Made by a program: the position numbers and the translations under genes. Below the pieces are notes generated by a model. The model saw only the letters and a program-made list of their open reading frames with translations, searched no databases and was not told the DNA's origin. A DNA stretch of 63,393 nt, filler included. It is 3 parts of 3 records of this genome, joined end to end, with 100 filler letters (N's around TTAATTAATTAA, not from the genome) between each part and the next. Parts side by side here need not be neighbours in the genome. Positions count along the whole stretch, not along the records: positions 27,706 to 54,994 come from SRR31156797_324; 2 more parts are not named here. One strand, 5' to 3'. Within the stretch, counting starts at the first letter, position 1. Every line of letters begins with the position of its first letter. Positions 30,883-42,600 of the stretch are shown in pieces.

Positions 30883-31824
30883 ATGAGACAATCAATCAAA
30901 TTCTCAATTATTATAACTTTTGTATTATTAGGATTTAGCTATAAATCTAATCGTATTGACATAATCGGAAAATGGCAAAATATAGAGGATATACATGGTT
31001 GTTATACAGAGTTTAGGGCAGATAGTACCTGTTCTCAAATTATTAAGGATGTGTTACCTAATGGACAGCCACTATATATTGATTTAGCAAAGAGCTTAAT
31101 ACAAAATATTGATACAACATTCCATTATAAAATGAAGCAAGTCGATGATGGAGCGATGCTATACACTTATTTCAAGGATAAGTATAAAGAATTAAAATTG
31201 TATTCTGCAGAACATGTTCAAAAAGAAAATGATTTATTGGTTTTTACAGGCTTTAAAATTTACAAGGGTAAAATATATGAGAATCATATTGATGAAGTTT
31301 GCGCAATGAAAAGAATTGATAAACCAGCAAAATCAAATGTTTCTAAATTGCCTGTTAGTAATGCTATTATTACTGTTCCTGATAAATATACGGGTTTGTT
31401 TTTTATAGTATATGGTAATTCAGAAACAAATGATGAATATGATGGTAACAATAGAGTTTACAAAATACCAGAACTAGGTGTATTAAACACTAAATTTAAA
31501 GCGCGTACTATTGATCATGCCTTAGACAGAGAAGTGTTTTATAGAAACTCAAGCAAAAATAGGATTCCTGTAATATCAACAAATGAGTATGTTAGGTTAA
31601 AGCAGAAGCAAAAAACTTTTGGGACTTATTGTATGGATTCTGTTTATGTATTCACAAAGGGATATAACCAAATGGAAGGAGAAGAAAGGTATAAACAAAT
31701 TTGTGAGCAATTTGATGGAAATATCGAGCAATTTTGTATTGATACATTAAGAAATATAGTCAGTCAAAGTGTGCGAAATTATATGGATAAACGTATAGTG
31801 TATCTTGAAAACGTAAGAAAATGA
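30883..31824 (+). CDS. Exported hypothetical protein (C-terminal half DUF6843-like)
   Basis: Signal peptide, IIGKWQ, ITVPDKYTGLFFIVYG...YKIPELGVLNT. Confidence 0.55.
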   Translation: MRQSIKFSIIITFVLLGFSYKSNRIDIIGKWQNIEDIHGCYTEFRADSTCSQIIKDVLPNGQPLYIDLAKSLIQNIDTTFHYKMKQVDDGAMLYTYFKDKYKELKLYSAEHVQKENDLLVFTGFKIYKGKIYENHIDEVCAMKRIDKPAKSNVSKLPVSNAIITVPDKYTGLFFIVYGNSETNDEYDGNNRVYKIPELGVLNTKFKARTIDHALDREVFYRNSSKNRIPVISTNEYVRLKQKQKTFGTYCMDSVYVFTKGYNQMEGEERYKQICEQFDGNIEQFCIDTLRNIVSQSVRNYMDKRIVYLENVRK

Positions 31825-32603
31825 TTATGAAACAGTATTTAATATTTGTATGTGTCTTTTTTCCACTAAGTTTATTGGCACAGCATAATTCTTACTTAGT
31901 GAATGTATATTTTGACTCCGATAAATATTATCTTTCAAAGAATGAGCAAAATAAGCTGGATGATTTTTTAAATAGTATTGATAGCTTAACTATAAAGAAG
32001 GTTTCTATTTTTGGTTATTGTGATGACATAGGATCAACTGGATATAATGATACCCTTTCTCAAAAGCGAGCCATTCAATTAGAAAAGACAATTAAGAGTT
32101 ATACTGGTAATAATAATATTGTATTTCATTATGAAGGAAGAGGTGAATTACCTATAGACAGTAACAATGAGAATAAAAATACGATTCAAAGAAAACTTAA
32201 CCGAAGGGTTGATATTGTTTTTGATACTAGTATAGAATCAAAAGGAAAAACGATTGTATTAAAAGATGTGAATTTTGTAGGAGGCACAACCAAATTATTA
32301 ACGGGAGGTTATCCAGCTCTAAATAAGTTTTTAACATCCTTAAAAGAAAATGAAAACCAAAAAGTTATCATCTTGGGTCATGTTTCAAAGTCAATTATTG
32401 ACGATGGTCGTAAAGATGGATATGATAAAGCTACTGGTAAATATAATTTATCTGAGGCCAGAGCAAAATTCGTATATGATTATTTAATTAAAAATGGAAT
32501 TAGTAAGGATAGACTATCATATAAAGGATTGGGGAACGCATTTCCAACTGGAAAAAGCCGAATTTATGACAGAAGAGTAGAAGTAAAAATATTAGAAGAA
32601 TAA
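31821..32603 (+). CDS. Protein with two OmpA-like peptidoglycan-binding domains
   Basis: GYCDDIGS..YNDTLSQKRA..NRRVDI and NLSEARAKFVYDYL..DRRVEVKI. Confidence 0.85.
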   Translation: MIMKQYLIFVCVFFPLSLLAQHNSYLVNVYFDSDKYYLSKNEQNKLDDFLNSIDSLTIKKVSIFGYCDDIGSTGYNDTLSQKRAIQLEKTIKSYTGNNNIVFHYEGRGELPIDSNNENKNTIQRKLNRRVDIVFDTSIESKGKTIVLKDVNFVGGTTKLLTGGYPALNKFLTSLKENENQKVIILGHVSKSIIDDGRKDGYDKATGKYNLSEARAKFVYDYLIKNGISKDRLSYKGLGNAFPTGKSRIYDRRVEVKILEE

Positions 32604-32710
32604 CATTGTTCGAAAGCGTAATAAATTATTTTTGAAATAAGACTAAAGTCCCGTAAAAGTGAAAATAAGGTATATCGGGATTTGTGCCGATTCGACATTG
32701 TCCAATCCCT

Positions 32711-32768
32711 TATATTCTATACATTCTACTCTCTCCAATAATTAATAAGTATATTCGCTTACACATAA
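32711..32768 (+). repeat. About 60-bp intergenic repeat, copy 2
   Basis: TATATTCTATACATTCTACTCTCTCCAATAATTAATAAGTATATTCGCTTACACATAA; homologous to 30660-30719. Confidence 0.75.
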
Positions 32769-32825
32769 TAAGTGAATAGATATAACGCTAATTACTTAAA
32801 GTTGTGTTATTTGTGAAAGAAAGAT

Positions 32826-33917
32826 ATGAAATTAAAAAGCAAGATATTATTAGAGCTAGAACAGCTTATCACATTAAAGGGGTCGAACAAGAAATGGCAA
32901 ATATCTTTATTAACCACTATTTCCCTAGGTATTCCCTTATTACTTGGTCTTTATTTCGATAATCTAAAAGCCGGGCTAATTGCCTGTTTAAGTGGCTTGG
33001 TAATTGTTTATGTACCTAATATCGGTAGCATAACCAACAAAATATCTACGCTCCTAATTAGTTCTTTTGGCTTTTTAGTATCTTTTTCAATCGGACAGTT
33101 TTTCAGCTTTAATCACCTGGCTTCAGTTATTGCCTTTGGTGTTTTTTCATTGACTATACATTGGGTTATTTTGTATTATAAAACGGCTCCTCCCAAAAGT
33201 TTCTTTTTTATTTTCATAGCTGCTATATCTATCTGTCAGCCATTTAATATTTATGAAATACCAACCAAAGTTGGGCTGATGAGTTTGGGTTTAATGCTAT
33301 CGAGTTTTTTAACCTTAGCCTATTTGGTGCACGAATCAACAAAAGTTAATTGGGAGATACAACCCCAGCCACAAAGAATACTTCAAAAAAACAATTATGC
33401 TGACTTTTGGGAAGCCATTATCATGGGCGTATTTATGTCGCTATCCTTAATGTGCGGATACTGGCTAAAAATGGATAATCCATATTGGATTCCGGTTTCT
33501 TGTGCAGCAGTTATGCAGGGTGCATCCCGTTATCATATTTGGCAGAGAACATTTCATAGAATTCTCGGAACTTTATTAGGCTTAGGCTTATGCTGGATAG
33601 TACTTAGCATTACTAATTCTATTATTGTACTGTGTGTTTTAATAATAGTACTTCAATTAATTGTAGAAATGCTAATTGCAAGAAATTATGCCCTAGCGGT
33701 TATTTTTATAACTCCTCTGGCTATTTTTTTATCCGAAGCGGCTAATCCAATTATCGACAGTCCTAATTTGCTTATAAAATTACGTTTACAAGAGATAGTG
33801 ATAGGAAGTGCCATAGGTGCTTTTGGTGGCTGGCTACTTCATAAAGAAAAAATAAGATATGCAACTATAAAGGGATTGAAAAAAATAAGTCTTAGCCTTG
33901 ATAATAAAGATGATTAA
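32826..33917 (+). CDS. FUSC/aromatic acid exporter-like membrane protein
   Basis: PYWIPVSCAAVMQ, RILGTLLG, RNYALAVIFITP. Confidence 0.85.
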   Translation: MKLKSKILLELEQLITLKGSNKKWQISLLTTISLGIPLLLGLYFDNLKAGLIACLSGLVIVYVPNIGSITNKISTLLISSFGFLVSFSIGQFFSFNHLASVIAFGVFSLTIHWVILYYKTAPPKSFFFIFIAAISICQPFNIYEIPTKVGLMSLGLMLSSFLTLAYLVHESTKVNWEIQPQPQRILQKNNYADFWEAIIMGVFMSLSLMCGYWLKMDNPYWIPVSCAAVMQGASRYHIWQRTFHRILGTLLGLGLCWIVLSITNSIIVLCVLIIVLQLIVEMLIARNYALAVIFITPLAIFLSEAANPIIDSPNLLIKLRLQEIVIGSAIGAFGGWLLHKEKIRYATIKGLKKISLSLDNKDD

Positions 33918-34041
33918 GGATTATATTGTACCACAGAACCAAACTTTTAATGAAACGAGTCATTGGCTGATTATTTTACAAATGAGAATAAAATAACTAA
34001 AATGACGATTTCTATGTTGCAATTAAAATCAATTCAAACAC

Positions 34042-34962
34042 ATGAAAGCAGTAATTTGTCCACAATATGGTCCACCGGAAGTACTGGTAATTCAAGATAT
34101 TCCAAAACCGTCGCCTAAGAAAAATGAGGTATTAGTCAAGATAGTTGCCGCATCGCTTAACTCAGGAGACGCCAGAATAAGAGGTTTAAGAGTAGAAGGA
34201 TTTATGAAATTCGTAATGCGTGTGATGTTGGGATTTAGTAAACCTCGCAAACCGGTATTAGGAACAGGGTTCTCAGGTATTGTAGAACAGGTAGGAGAAG
34301 CTGTAACGCAATTTAATGTGGGCGATGAAGTGTATGGTACAACCGGCTTAAAACAAGGATGCCATGCTGAATATATTTGCATTCCGGAAAATAAGGTGAT
34401 TACCCGAAAGCCTAAAAATGCATCATTTGAAGAAGCTATTGCTCTTCCCTTTGGTGGCCAGACCGCCATTTATTTTTTAAGAAAAGGTGGAATTGCAGAA
34501 ATAACAAATGCTCAAGTCCTTATTTATGGAGCTACCGGCTCCGTTGGAACAGCTGCCGTGCAAATTGCCAAACACTATGGAGCAACGGTTACTGCAGTAT
34601 GTAGCTCAAGAGGAAAAGAACTTACCCAACATCTTGGTGCGGATCATATCATTCTATACGATCAGGAAGATTTTACTAAAGCTTCCGACCAATATGATAT
34701 CGTTTTCGATGCCGTTGGAAAAACAAATAAAAAAGTGTGCAACCCACTTTTAAAACCCAATGGTAAGTTCTTTACGGTAGAAGGAACTGATATTTCGGCT
34801 GAACGAAAAGAATACCTCGAATTCTTGCGCCAGCTTTATGAGGAGCATAACTATCATGCTGTTATCGATAAGATATATCCCATGGAGCAAGCTGCAGAAG
34901 CTCATCGATATGTAGACTCCGGAAGTAAAAAAGGTAATGTGATTCTGAAAATAATTACCTAA
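34042..34962 (+). CDS. MDR-family NAD(P)-dependent oxidoreductase (quinone reductase-like)
   Basis: MKAVICPQYGPPEVL, IYGATGSVG, AHRYVDSGSKKGNV. Confidence 0.88.
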   Translation: MKAVICPQYGPPEVLVIQDIPKPSPKKNEVLVKIVAASLNSGDARIRGLRVEGFMKFVMRVMLGFSKPRKPVLGTGFSGIVEQVGEAVTQFNVGDEVYGTTGLKQGCHAEYICIPENKVITRKPKNASFEEAIALPFGGQTAIYFLRKGGIAEITNAQVLIYGATGSVGTAAVQIAKHYGATVTAVCSSRGKELTQHLGADHIILYDQEDFTKASDQYDIVFDAVGKTNKKVCNPLLKPNGKFFTVEGTDISAERKEYLEFLRQLYEEHNYHAVIDKIYPMEQAAEAHRYVDSGSKKGNVILKIIT

Positions 34963-34979
34963 AATATGATTAAAAAAGC

Positions 34980-35498
34980 ATGAACCTGCCTCTTAGACAA
35001 AAAAGATACATTTTATTTGTATTACTATATGCATTAGGAACCGTTCTTAATAGCATATTTAATTTATTTCCTGAAATTGTAGGAATTACACTTGGAATGT
35101 ATGGAATTGGAACACCTCTTATTTTATTATGTTCTGAAATGATAATTGATTTAAGAAATAATAGTGTCTTTGCAATTTGGTTTTCGATAAGCTTACTAAA
35201 CTTAGTAATCTATTATTTTATCAAAGACCATCATTTGTTTTATATAGAACTTACAGGAGAACCGAATCAAGGAATTAGAATTGATAGCTGGACACATTCA
35301 TTAAGAATTTTGTTTGTTTTCTTAATAGCATATAAAGTGATTGACCTTTTATATAGCCAGTTTACTAAAAAGCATGTTTTAAATAGCTTTTGGGCTTACA
35401 ATTGGTGGCATGCAGAAGACGATAGAAAAATAACAGGAGTGGATGTTTTCTTTAATATTGTGCTCTATTTTATAATTGCTTTTAGCATAATATTCTAA
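34980..35498 (+). CDS. Hypothetical integral membrane protein
   Basis: Several hydrophobic segments; AT-rich ORF. Confidence 0.6.
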   Translation: MNLPLRQKRYILFVLLYALGTVLNSIFNLFPEIVGITLGMYGIGTPLILLCSEMIIDLRNNSVFAIWFSISLLNLVIYYFIKDHHLFYIELTGEPNQGIRIDSWTHSLRILFVFLIAYKVIDLLYSQFTKKHVLNSFWAYNWWHAEDDRKITGVDVFFNIVLYFIIAFSIIF

Positions 35499-35555
35499 TA
35501 AATAACTATGCACTGCAATTTCAAAAAAGCTGGCTTCTAACCCTAATATTTATAT

Positions 35556-36191
35556 ATGAAAATTAAACTCTTAACGATTGGTCTTCTTATAACTTCACTT
35601 TCATACTCTCAAACGTTCTTTACAAATATAGATTATGAGTCAATCACCTCTTTTCGGAGTTATAAACCATCAATTGGAACTGTTGATTATGGATTTTCTA
35701 TATTAGTCAGTGAATACTTTGCCTTCAATAATCATGTTTCCGTAGGGCTAGGTGTAGGATATTCTTCTGCACCCTATGAAAACACCGATAATTTAAATGC
35801 TCCATATTCTACCTATAAAACAACCATTGAACTTGAGACTCTTAAAATACCTATTATTTTAAGGTATGAAACAAAGAATTACTGGATTGCAGAAGTATCT
35901 AGCGGAGTATTATTCGGATTTAATTCTAGAGTTAAGAATACCTTAAGCTTTTTAGATGAATCTAGGGCTAATGAGAACAAAAGCGAATTAGAGAATGTGA
36001 ATTTTGGATTCTCTGAATTTAATTTCGGAAAAGGATTCTCTATTGGAACATGGTGGTTTAGTTTTAGACTATACTACCTAATTGCATTAAATAGTCATAC
36101 ATACCAAGATTTAAATTCTTCAGTCTTTATTAACGATGATTACACCTTATGCCCACGTCAATTAGGATTTAAAATAGGAATAGAGCTTTAA
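35556..36191 (+). CDS. Outer-membrane beta-barrel (porin-family-like)
   Basis: Signal peptide, LKIPIILRY, C-terminal LGFKIGIEL. Confidence 0.65.
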   Translation: MKIKLLTIGLLITSLSYSQTFFTNIDYESITSFRSYKPSIGTVDYGFSILVSEYFAFNNHVSVGLGVGYSSAPYENTDNLNAPYSTYKTTIELETLKIPIILRYETKNYWIAEVSSGVLFGFNSRVKNTLSFLDESRANENKSELENVNFGFSEFNFGKGFSIGTWWFSFRLYYLIALNSHTYQDLNSSVFINDDYTLCPRQLGFKIGIEL

Positions 36192-36215
36192 TAAATTCAA
36201 CTTAAACACCTAAAA

Positions 36216-36950
36216 ATGAGAATAGCCTTAGCACAAATAGAAGCCATAAAAGGCAATATTGAGAAAAACATAGAGAATCACGCTAAATGGATTAAGCAAG
36301 CCATTCTGAACAAAGCAGATATGTTGATTTTTCCTGAGTTATCCTTAACCGGTTATGAACCCGACTTAGCAGAAGGCTTAGCTTCTAATCAGGATGATGC
36401 CCGCTTGGATGAAATGCAACGATTAAGTGATGCTAACAAGATCTCAATTGGTGTTGGAATGCCAACCTCAAAAGATGGAAATGTATTTGTGAGTATGATT
36501 ATTTTTCAAGCTCATCAGGAACGCATCACCTACTCTAAGCAATATTTATATCCAACCGAAAAATCCATTTTTACTGCAGGTAAACAACCTTTGCTGCTTC
36601 ATATGGATACAGAAGTGATTTCCCCTGCTATATGTTACGAAGCTTTAATCGAAGCGCACGTCGAATATGCAAGTCAGAACAATGCTACAATTTATATAGC
36701 CAGCGTACTCAGTTCGGTTAATGGGATTAAAGATGAACTTGAAAAATTGGCAGGCATTGCAAAGCATAAAAACATGGTGACATTAATGGCTAATTATGTT
36801 GGAGAATCAGGTGGCTATGAATGTGCAGGAAAATCATCGGTTTGGAATGAGAAAGGAGAACTATTGGGACAGCTCGATGGAAAAAACGAGGGGATCATTA
36901 TTTTTGACACACAAACTAAAGAAATATCATCGGTTATCAATACGCTGTAA
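36216..36950 (+). CDS. Carbon-nitrogen hydrolase (nitrilase superfamily)
   Basis: FPELSLTGY (Glu), YSKQYL (Lys), ICYE (Cys). Confidence 0.9.
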   Translation: MRIALAQIEAIKGNIEKNIENHAKWIKQAILNKADMLIFPELSLTGYEPDLAEGLASNQDDARLDEMQRLSDANKISIGVGMPTSKDGNVFVSMIIFQAHQERITYSKQYLYPTEKSIFTAGKQPLLLHMDTEVISPAICYEALIEAHVEYASQNNATIYIASVLSSVNGIKDELEKLAGIAKHKNMVTLMANYVGESGGYECAGKSSVWNEKGELLGQLDGKNEGIIIFDTQTKEISSVINTL

Positions 36951-36976
36951 TATTAGAGAACATCTAGAAAAAGATA

Positions 36977-37006
36977 CTTCCCTTTTGCACAAAGGCAAAA
37001 GGGAAG
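36977..37006. terminator. Hairpin between convergent genes
   Basis: CTTCCCTTTTGC-ACAAAG-GCAAAAGGGAAG, a perfect 12-bp stem. Confidence 0.7.
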
Positions 37007-37012
37007 ATTAGT

Positions 37013-39499
37013 TTATTTCTTCATTTCATAATACGGTGCATAAGCTTTGGGCTGTATGGCAATCTGATCGATAACGATGCCCGTTTGGTTGACAGCTAAA
37101 GTCAATACATGATTACCTGATTCTTTAATTTCTACTACGTATCGTATTTCTTTCGCATTTCTTAGAACATTCTCTTTCCATTCCCTGCTTCTACCTTTGG
37201 TGTTCAAAACAAAATCCTTTTCATTCTCCTTATCCACACTCACCTTTAACTGGTGGTCGTAGTTATTAGAATGCGTAGGCAAGCAATGTATCACCACTTC
37301 ATATTCACCAGCTTCCTGAATCTCAAAATTATAATTCACCGTCGGCATCTCTTCTTTGAAATAGTTTTGTTTAAATGGATATAAAGTAAGCGCAGCATCA
37401 CTATATCCTAAACCTTCAACCGACTGCCACTTATATTCTCCTGTTCCTTTTGCTTCAGCATAATCATTTGCCTGAATAAAAATTGGATCTGGTAAATTTG
37501 TATTTACCTCCTCCTTTGTCGTTGTTTTTTCCTTTAAATGGAAATCCAGCATCTGATATACAGCCAGATTTCGAGGTTTGCAATCCATCATTCCTTCCCA
37601 CTTTCCCTTACTTATTTTTTCATTGTACATGGCGGTAATAATCTGAATACCCTGGTGTGCTTCTTCCACATCCATAATGTATTCACTTTTATCTTCAGGA
37701 TTGTCTGCTTCCAAGGCTAACTGTGCATACAAAAACTTCGCATTCATCCAGGATGCACCTTTAACAGGGTATTCAACCAACTGAAAATAAGCATCCATTA
37801 AAGGCGACTTAATATCTTCTTTGAGTTCATCTACCTTTATAATCAATTGATGATAGGCGTCTATTCTTCTTTGCAACTCATTATCATTGGCAAATTGATT
37901 AAAAGCTGATTTTCTGGTCGGTGTCGAAGGTTCAGTTTGGCTCCATCCCATATACTCCGGTTTTCTGATAAATGCCAATCGATAATATTCATTCATAATA
38001 TCTCCGATTACAGTACTTGCTTTAGCTCCAAATTCGCGACTATAAAAAGCCTTTTGATGCGCTTTAATGGCATTGGCTTTTATCGAATGAATATCCCAGG
38101 CTAAATCCATAAAAAACTCCATATTATACTCCGCCGGTTTTATATCACCTACATTGGCTATCCAAATCTGATCAGCTCCATTTTCATAGGCTCTGGTCAT
38201 CTCATACCAAATTAATCCGGGTTGGGTAGTACTCAACCATAAATAATCATGTGGACGTCCCCAATAACTTAAGTGATAATAAACACCAGATCCTCCGCTA
38301 CGTTTTTGTTCTTCTTCATTACTCAACCTTCGAATGTATCCGTAATTATCATCACACCACATCAAACTCACATCTTCCGGAACCTCAAGTCCGGCATTAT
38401 ATAAATCCAACACCTCCTTATAAGGAACCAACACCTGGGGTATTTCTGATGGTTCCTTTTTAAAAGTAGAAGCCAGCATTTCTCTTTGATCCCGCATAAT
38501 GGTATGCATAATATCTACCATCTCTTCTTTACTAGAAGCACCTTCCATCTTTGAATCATGCACTCCCCTCATACCAATGGTAAACAAACAATCATTGCCG
38601 GTTTCGCTTAACTCTGTAACACGTTCCTGCCAGTAATCTTTTACCTGATCACTATTGGTAAAATAATTAAAAGCTCCCCTTTCCTTATGATTCCATTCCC
38701 TTACATTGTTACGCAACATTGGTTCGGCATGACTGGTACCTAAAACTATTTTGTATTTCTGAGCCATTTCTTTATTGCCCTCAATGGTAAAAAACGGCTG
38801 AGTACTTTTATGCATAGCCGGCCATATGGTATTGGCCTTTAAACGCAACATCAATTGAAATATCTTTTCATATGTTTTTGGGCCGATATCTCCTACTTCC
38901 GGCTCAAAGGTTTTTGCTGCCCATGGTTGTAATCCCCAATCTTCATCATTTAAAAAAATACCTCTGAATTTAACCGATGGCGATTCTATAATTCCTCCCT
39001 GAGGTAAATCCAGCACCAACTCCTTTTTAACTTGTGGATGCACATCTGCCCACCATTTCCATGGAGAGATGCCTAAACGCTCTGCCACATCGAAAATTCC
39101 ATATACAGCTCCTCGAATATCACTTCCTGCAATAAGCAGTTTATCCGATACTTTTTGAACAGAGAAGCATTCCCATTTTCCTTCAATCTCCTTTAACTGA
39201 GATGAGAACTGCTGTTGCAAAAGAGCTGAATTGACTGTACCTATGTAGATACCTGCTTTTTCTATTGAATTTGCTGTAATTATCTCTACTTGAACCTTTC
39301 TACCTGTAATCAGTTCCAAATCGCTGGCAAAATCTTTCCCTGCCCATTTGATAAGTTCATCTTCATCCTGATGAATATAAATTTGAATGGGCGAGTTTTC
39401 TTCTTCCGAAAATGAGTATTGTTGACCTACCTTATTTGTACACGAAACAAAAACCAGGCATACAATAAGTAATAATAAATTGGTAATTGACTTAATCAT
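37013..39499 (-). CDS. GH115 alpha-glucuronidase, lipoprotein
   Basis: Lipobox FVSC; FRGIFLNDEDW, RLKANTIWPAMH, SHAEPM, GMRGVHD, DDNYGY, NVGDIKPAE. Confidence 0.92.
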   Translation of the reverse strand: MIKSITNLLLLIVCLVFVSCTNKVGQQYSFSEEENSPIQIYIHQDEDELIKWAGKDFASDLELITGRKVQVEIITANSIEKAGIYIGTVNSALLQQQFSSQLKEIEGKWECFSVQKVSDKLLIAGSDIRGAVYGIFDVAERLGISPWKWWADVHPQVKKELVLDLPQGGIIESPSVKFRGIFLNDEDWGLQPWAAKTFEPEVGDIGPKTYEKIFQLMLRLKANTIWPAMHKSTQPFFTIEGNKEMAQKYKIVLGTSHAEPMLRNNVREWNHKERGAFNYFTNSDQVKDYWQERVTELSETGNDCLFTIGMRGVHDSKMEGASSKEEMVDIMHTIMRDQREMLASTFKKEPSEIPQVLVPYKEVLDLYNAGLEVPEDVSLMWCDDNYGYIRRLSNEEEQKRSGGSGVYYHLSYWGRPHDYLWLSTTQPGLIWYEMTRAYENGADQIWIANVGDIKPAEYNMEFFMDLAWDIHSIKANAIKAHQKAFYSREFGAKASTVIGDIMNEYYRLAFIRKPEYMGWSQTEPSTPTRKSAFNQFANDNELQRRIDAYHQLIIKVDELKEDIKSPLMDAYFQLVEYPVKGASWMNAKFLYAQLALEADNPEDKSEYIMDVEEAHQGIQIITAMYNEKISKGKWEGMMDCKPRNLAVYQMLDFHLKEKTTTKEEVNTNLPDPIFIQANDYAEAKGTGEYKWQSVEGLGYSDAALTLYPFKQNYFKEEMPTVNYNFEIQEAGEYEVVIHCLPTHSNNYDHQLKVSVDKENEKDFVLNTKGRSREWKENVLRNAKEIRYVVEIKESGNHVLTLAVNQTGIVIDQIAIQPKAYAPYYEMKK

Positions 39500-39613
39500 T
39501 GATATAACTATTGGTTAGCATATAAAGAAGAATCTATTTGCTTCTTAAATTGAAAACAGATAGATTCTTGAGGATTTTAATATTATAATCATTCGAACGC
39601 TATTTAACCGGAA

Positions 39614-42600
39614 CTACTTTGATTCTATGGAATTTGAAGTATCTACACCATATTTAGAAGGTGCACATCCAAACTGTGCCTTGAAACACTTACTAAAATA
39701 AAATGGATCTTCAATTCCAACTTTCCAGGATACCTCAGACACATTGTACTTGTCTTCCAACAGCAATTCAGCCGCCTTTTTCATTCTCTTTATTTTAATC
39801 AGTTCATTTGGAGAATAGCCTGTTAAACCTTTTACTTTTTTATAAAAGATGGTTCTGGACAATTTTGCTTTCTGTGTAAACTGAGCCACCGTAAATTCCG
39901 GATCCGATAAGTTTTCATCCACAATGGTATTTATCAAATCATAGAATTGCTGATCTTTGTCTGCCTCACTCACAATGGCTTTCTTAACACTAATATCAAT
40001 TGAAAAACGCTTTTTAAGCTTCTCTCTTTGCTCAATTAAAGCATAAGCTCTCGATAAAAGATATTTAAGACTGAAAGGCTTCATGATATACTCATCAGCA
40101 CCGCTTTCACTACCCTGTAATTTTATTGTTTCAGAAGATAAGGCTGTCAACAGAATAACCGGTATATGACTGGTTTCAAAGTCTTCCTTCAACTTCTTCG
40201 TTAATTGTAAGCCATCCATTTCCGGCATCTTCACATCACAAATAATCAGGGTAGGATTTATAGAAATAGCTTTTTCTAAACCTTCTTTTCCATCGGCAGC
40301 CACTTCCACCTGGAAATGATGCTTTAACTCTTCACTTAAATATTGTCTGATATCATAATTATCATCAATGACCAGAACTTTATAATTGCTCGGATTGGCC
40401 GGACGTTTTACAGCATGATCTTCGTTGTAAGCTACCTCCTTATTATCACTTTCTTCGTTGCTATCCAAAAAGTTGGCATCTCCATATATTTCAGGATCAA
40501 CTGGTAGTTCAATAGTAAATATAGAACCACCTTCAGGATTGGAAGCATAAGAAACATGTCCTTTATGCGCTTCAATAAACTCTTTCACCAATTCCAAACC
40601 AATTCCTGTTCCTTCGGCAGATGGATTCAATTTCATAAATCGACTAAAAAGGAGTTCCTGTTTATCTTTTGGTACACCAACACCTGTATCGGCCACTTGA
40701 ATCACACACTTGTTATTTCCCTCATCTTTTGAAAGCCTAACAATAATTTTTCCATCTGCCGGCGTAAATTTAAATGCATTTGACAGCAGGTTAAACAGAA
40801 TCTTCTCAACCTTATTACGATCAATATATACATCCCACTTTTCGTGAATACCATCAAATTGGTAATCAATATTCTTTTGAAACCCAATCTCTTTAAATGT
40901 AAAGAAAGCATTTAGGGTAAAATCACTGATGTCTGTTTTTTCAAGATTTAGCGTTAATACATTGTTTTGCAACTTTCTGAATTCCAACAACTGGTCAATT
41001 AACCTCGACATTTGTTGTGTATTCCTATTCAGTAGATTTACATTCTTGGAAACCTCATCCGGAAGATTCTCAATATCATTCATGCGTTCGATAGAACCTT
41101 TAATTAAGGTCAATGGTGTTCTGAACTCATGCGATATATTTGTAAAAAAGCGCAACTTATAGTCGGTCAATTGCTTTTCCATCTTAACCGCATTATTCAG
41201 CCCATTCATTTTTATAAATATTCTGAATATGATATATGCAATAACCGACATAAATATGATATATGCAGCGATGGCGTATTTAGATTTCCAGAATGGAGGT
41301 AAAATGGTGATTTTACATTTGGTTATTTCATTATTCCATTGCCCATCAGCATTAGCACCTCTTACTTTAAATTCGTATTCACCAGGAACCATATTTTTAT
41401 AGGTTGCCCAATTATTTTTACTGGGTGCACTCCAGTATTGATCGTAAGGTTCTAGATTATAGGAATACTTATTTGCAGAAGGATCTGTTAAATCAAGGCA
41501 GGCAAAGTTCAGTGTAAAGGTATTTTGATCATAAGGCAAGACCACTTCTTTAACTTTACCTATTGAAGCTTTTAATAATGAGTTTTTAGTGCCTGTTTCC
41601 AGTCGCTGGTCGAAAACCAACATATCTGTTAACTCCACTTTAGGCACTTCGGCATTAGCCACAAAACTAGACGGATTAAATATTAACAGGCCTTGTAATG
41701 TGCCCCAAAGCATTTCGCCATTATCTTTGAGTAAACTTGCATTTTCGTTATAATAGTTTCCGTAAGAACTGTTAGAAAACAGATAGTTTACAAAGGTGTT
41801 TCTTTCCTCATCAAAATGTGAAAGACCACTCTCAGAACTTACCCAAAGTACGCTATCCTTACTTTCCATGATGGCAGCAATTATATTAGAAGGCAATCCT
41901 TCTTCTTTGGTGTACTTTATAAATGCACCCTGCTTATCCTCACTGTTTTTATCAAACAAATTGATACCTCCTCCGGCAGTACCCACCCACAAACGCTTTT
42001 TACTATCCTCGAACAAGGCTTTTATATCGTTACTGTTAAGTCCGGCTGAATGCCCCAGGTTGTAAGAATATAAGGTATATGCAGATGAATTATTGACAAA
42101 ATCATCAGGTTTAAAACAGATCAAACCATCATAGCTCCCTGCCCACATTAAACCGTCACTATCCTGTAGCAGACATCGTATATAACTTATATTTCCCTGA
42201 CCATCGAAGAAATGCTTAAAGTAAAAATGACCGTTACGCTCACTAATTAAATCCATTCCTCCTCCAAAGGAAGCTACCCACATGTGTCCTTCTTGATCCT
42301 GAATAATATCGAAAATAGAATTATTACATAAACTTTCCTCATCTTCAATTGCTTCTAGATGATGCAATTCTTTATAATTAGTCCGATCAAAAATGTAAAT
42401 TCCGTTTCCTTTTGTTCCTACCCAAACTCTACCTTTATCATCTTCTTCAATCGTATACGGATTAATTCCTTTTTTAATTCGTTGCTTTAGCTCCAATTGG
42501 TTATTGTACAGATACAAACTACCATTTTTAGCCCCTACCCATATATTCTGATCTGAATCCTTGTAAATTACTTTGATATTATTTCCTGTTCCGATGGATT

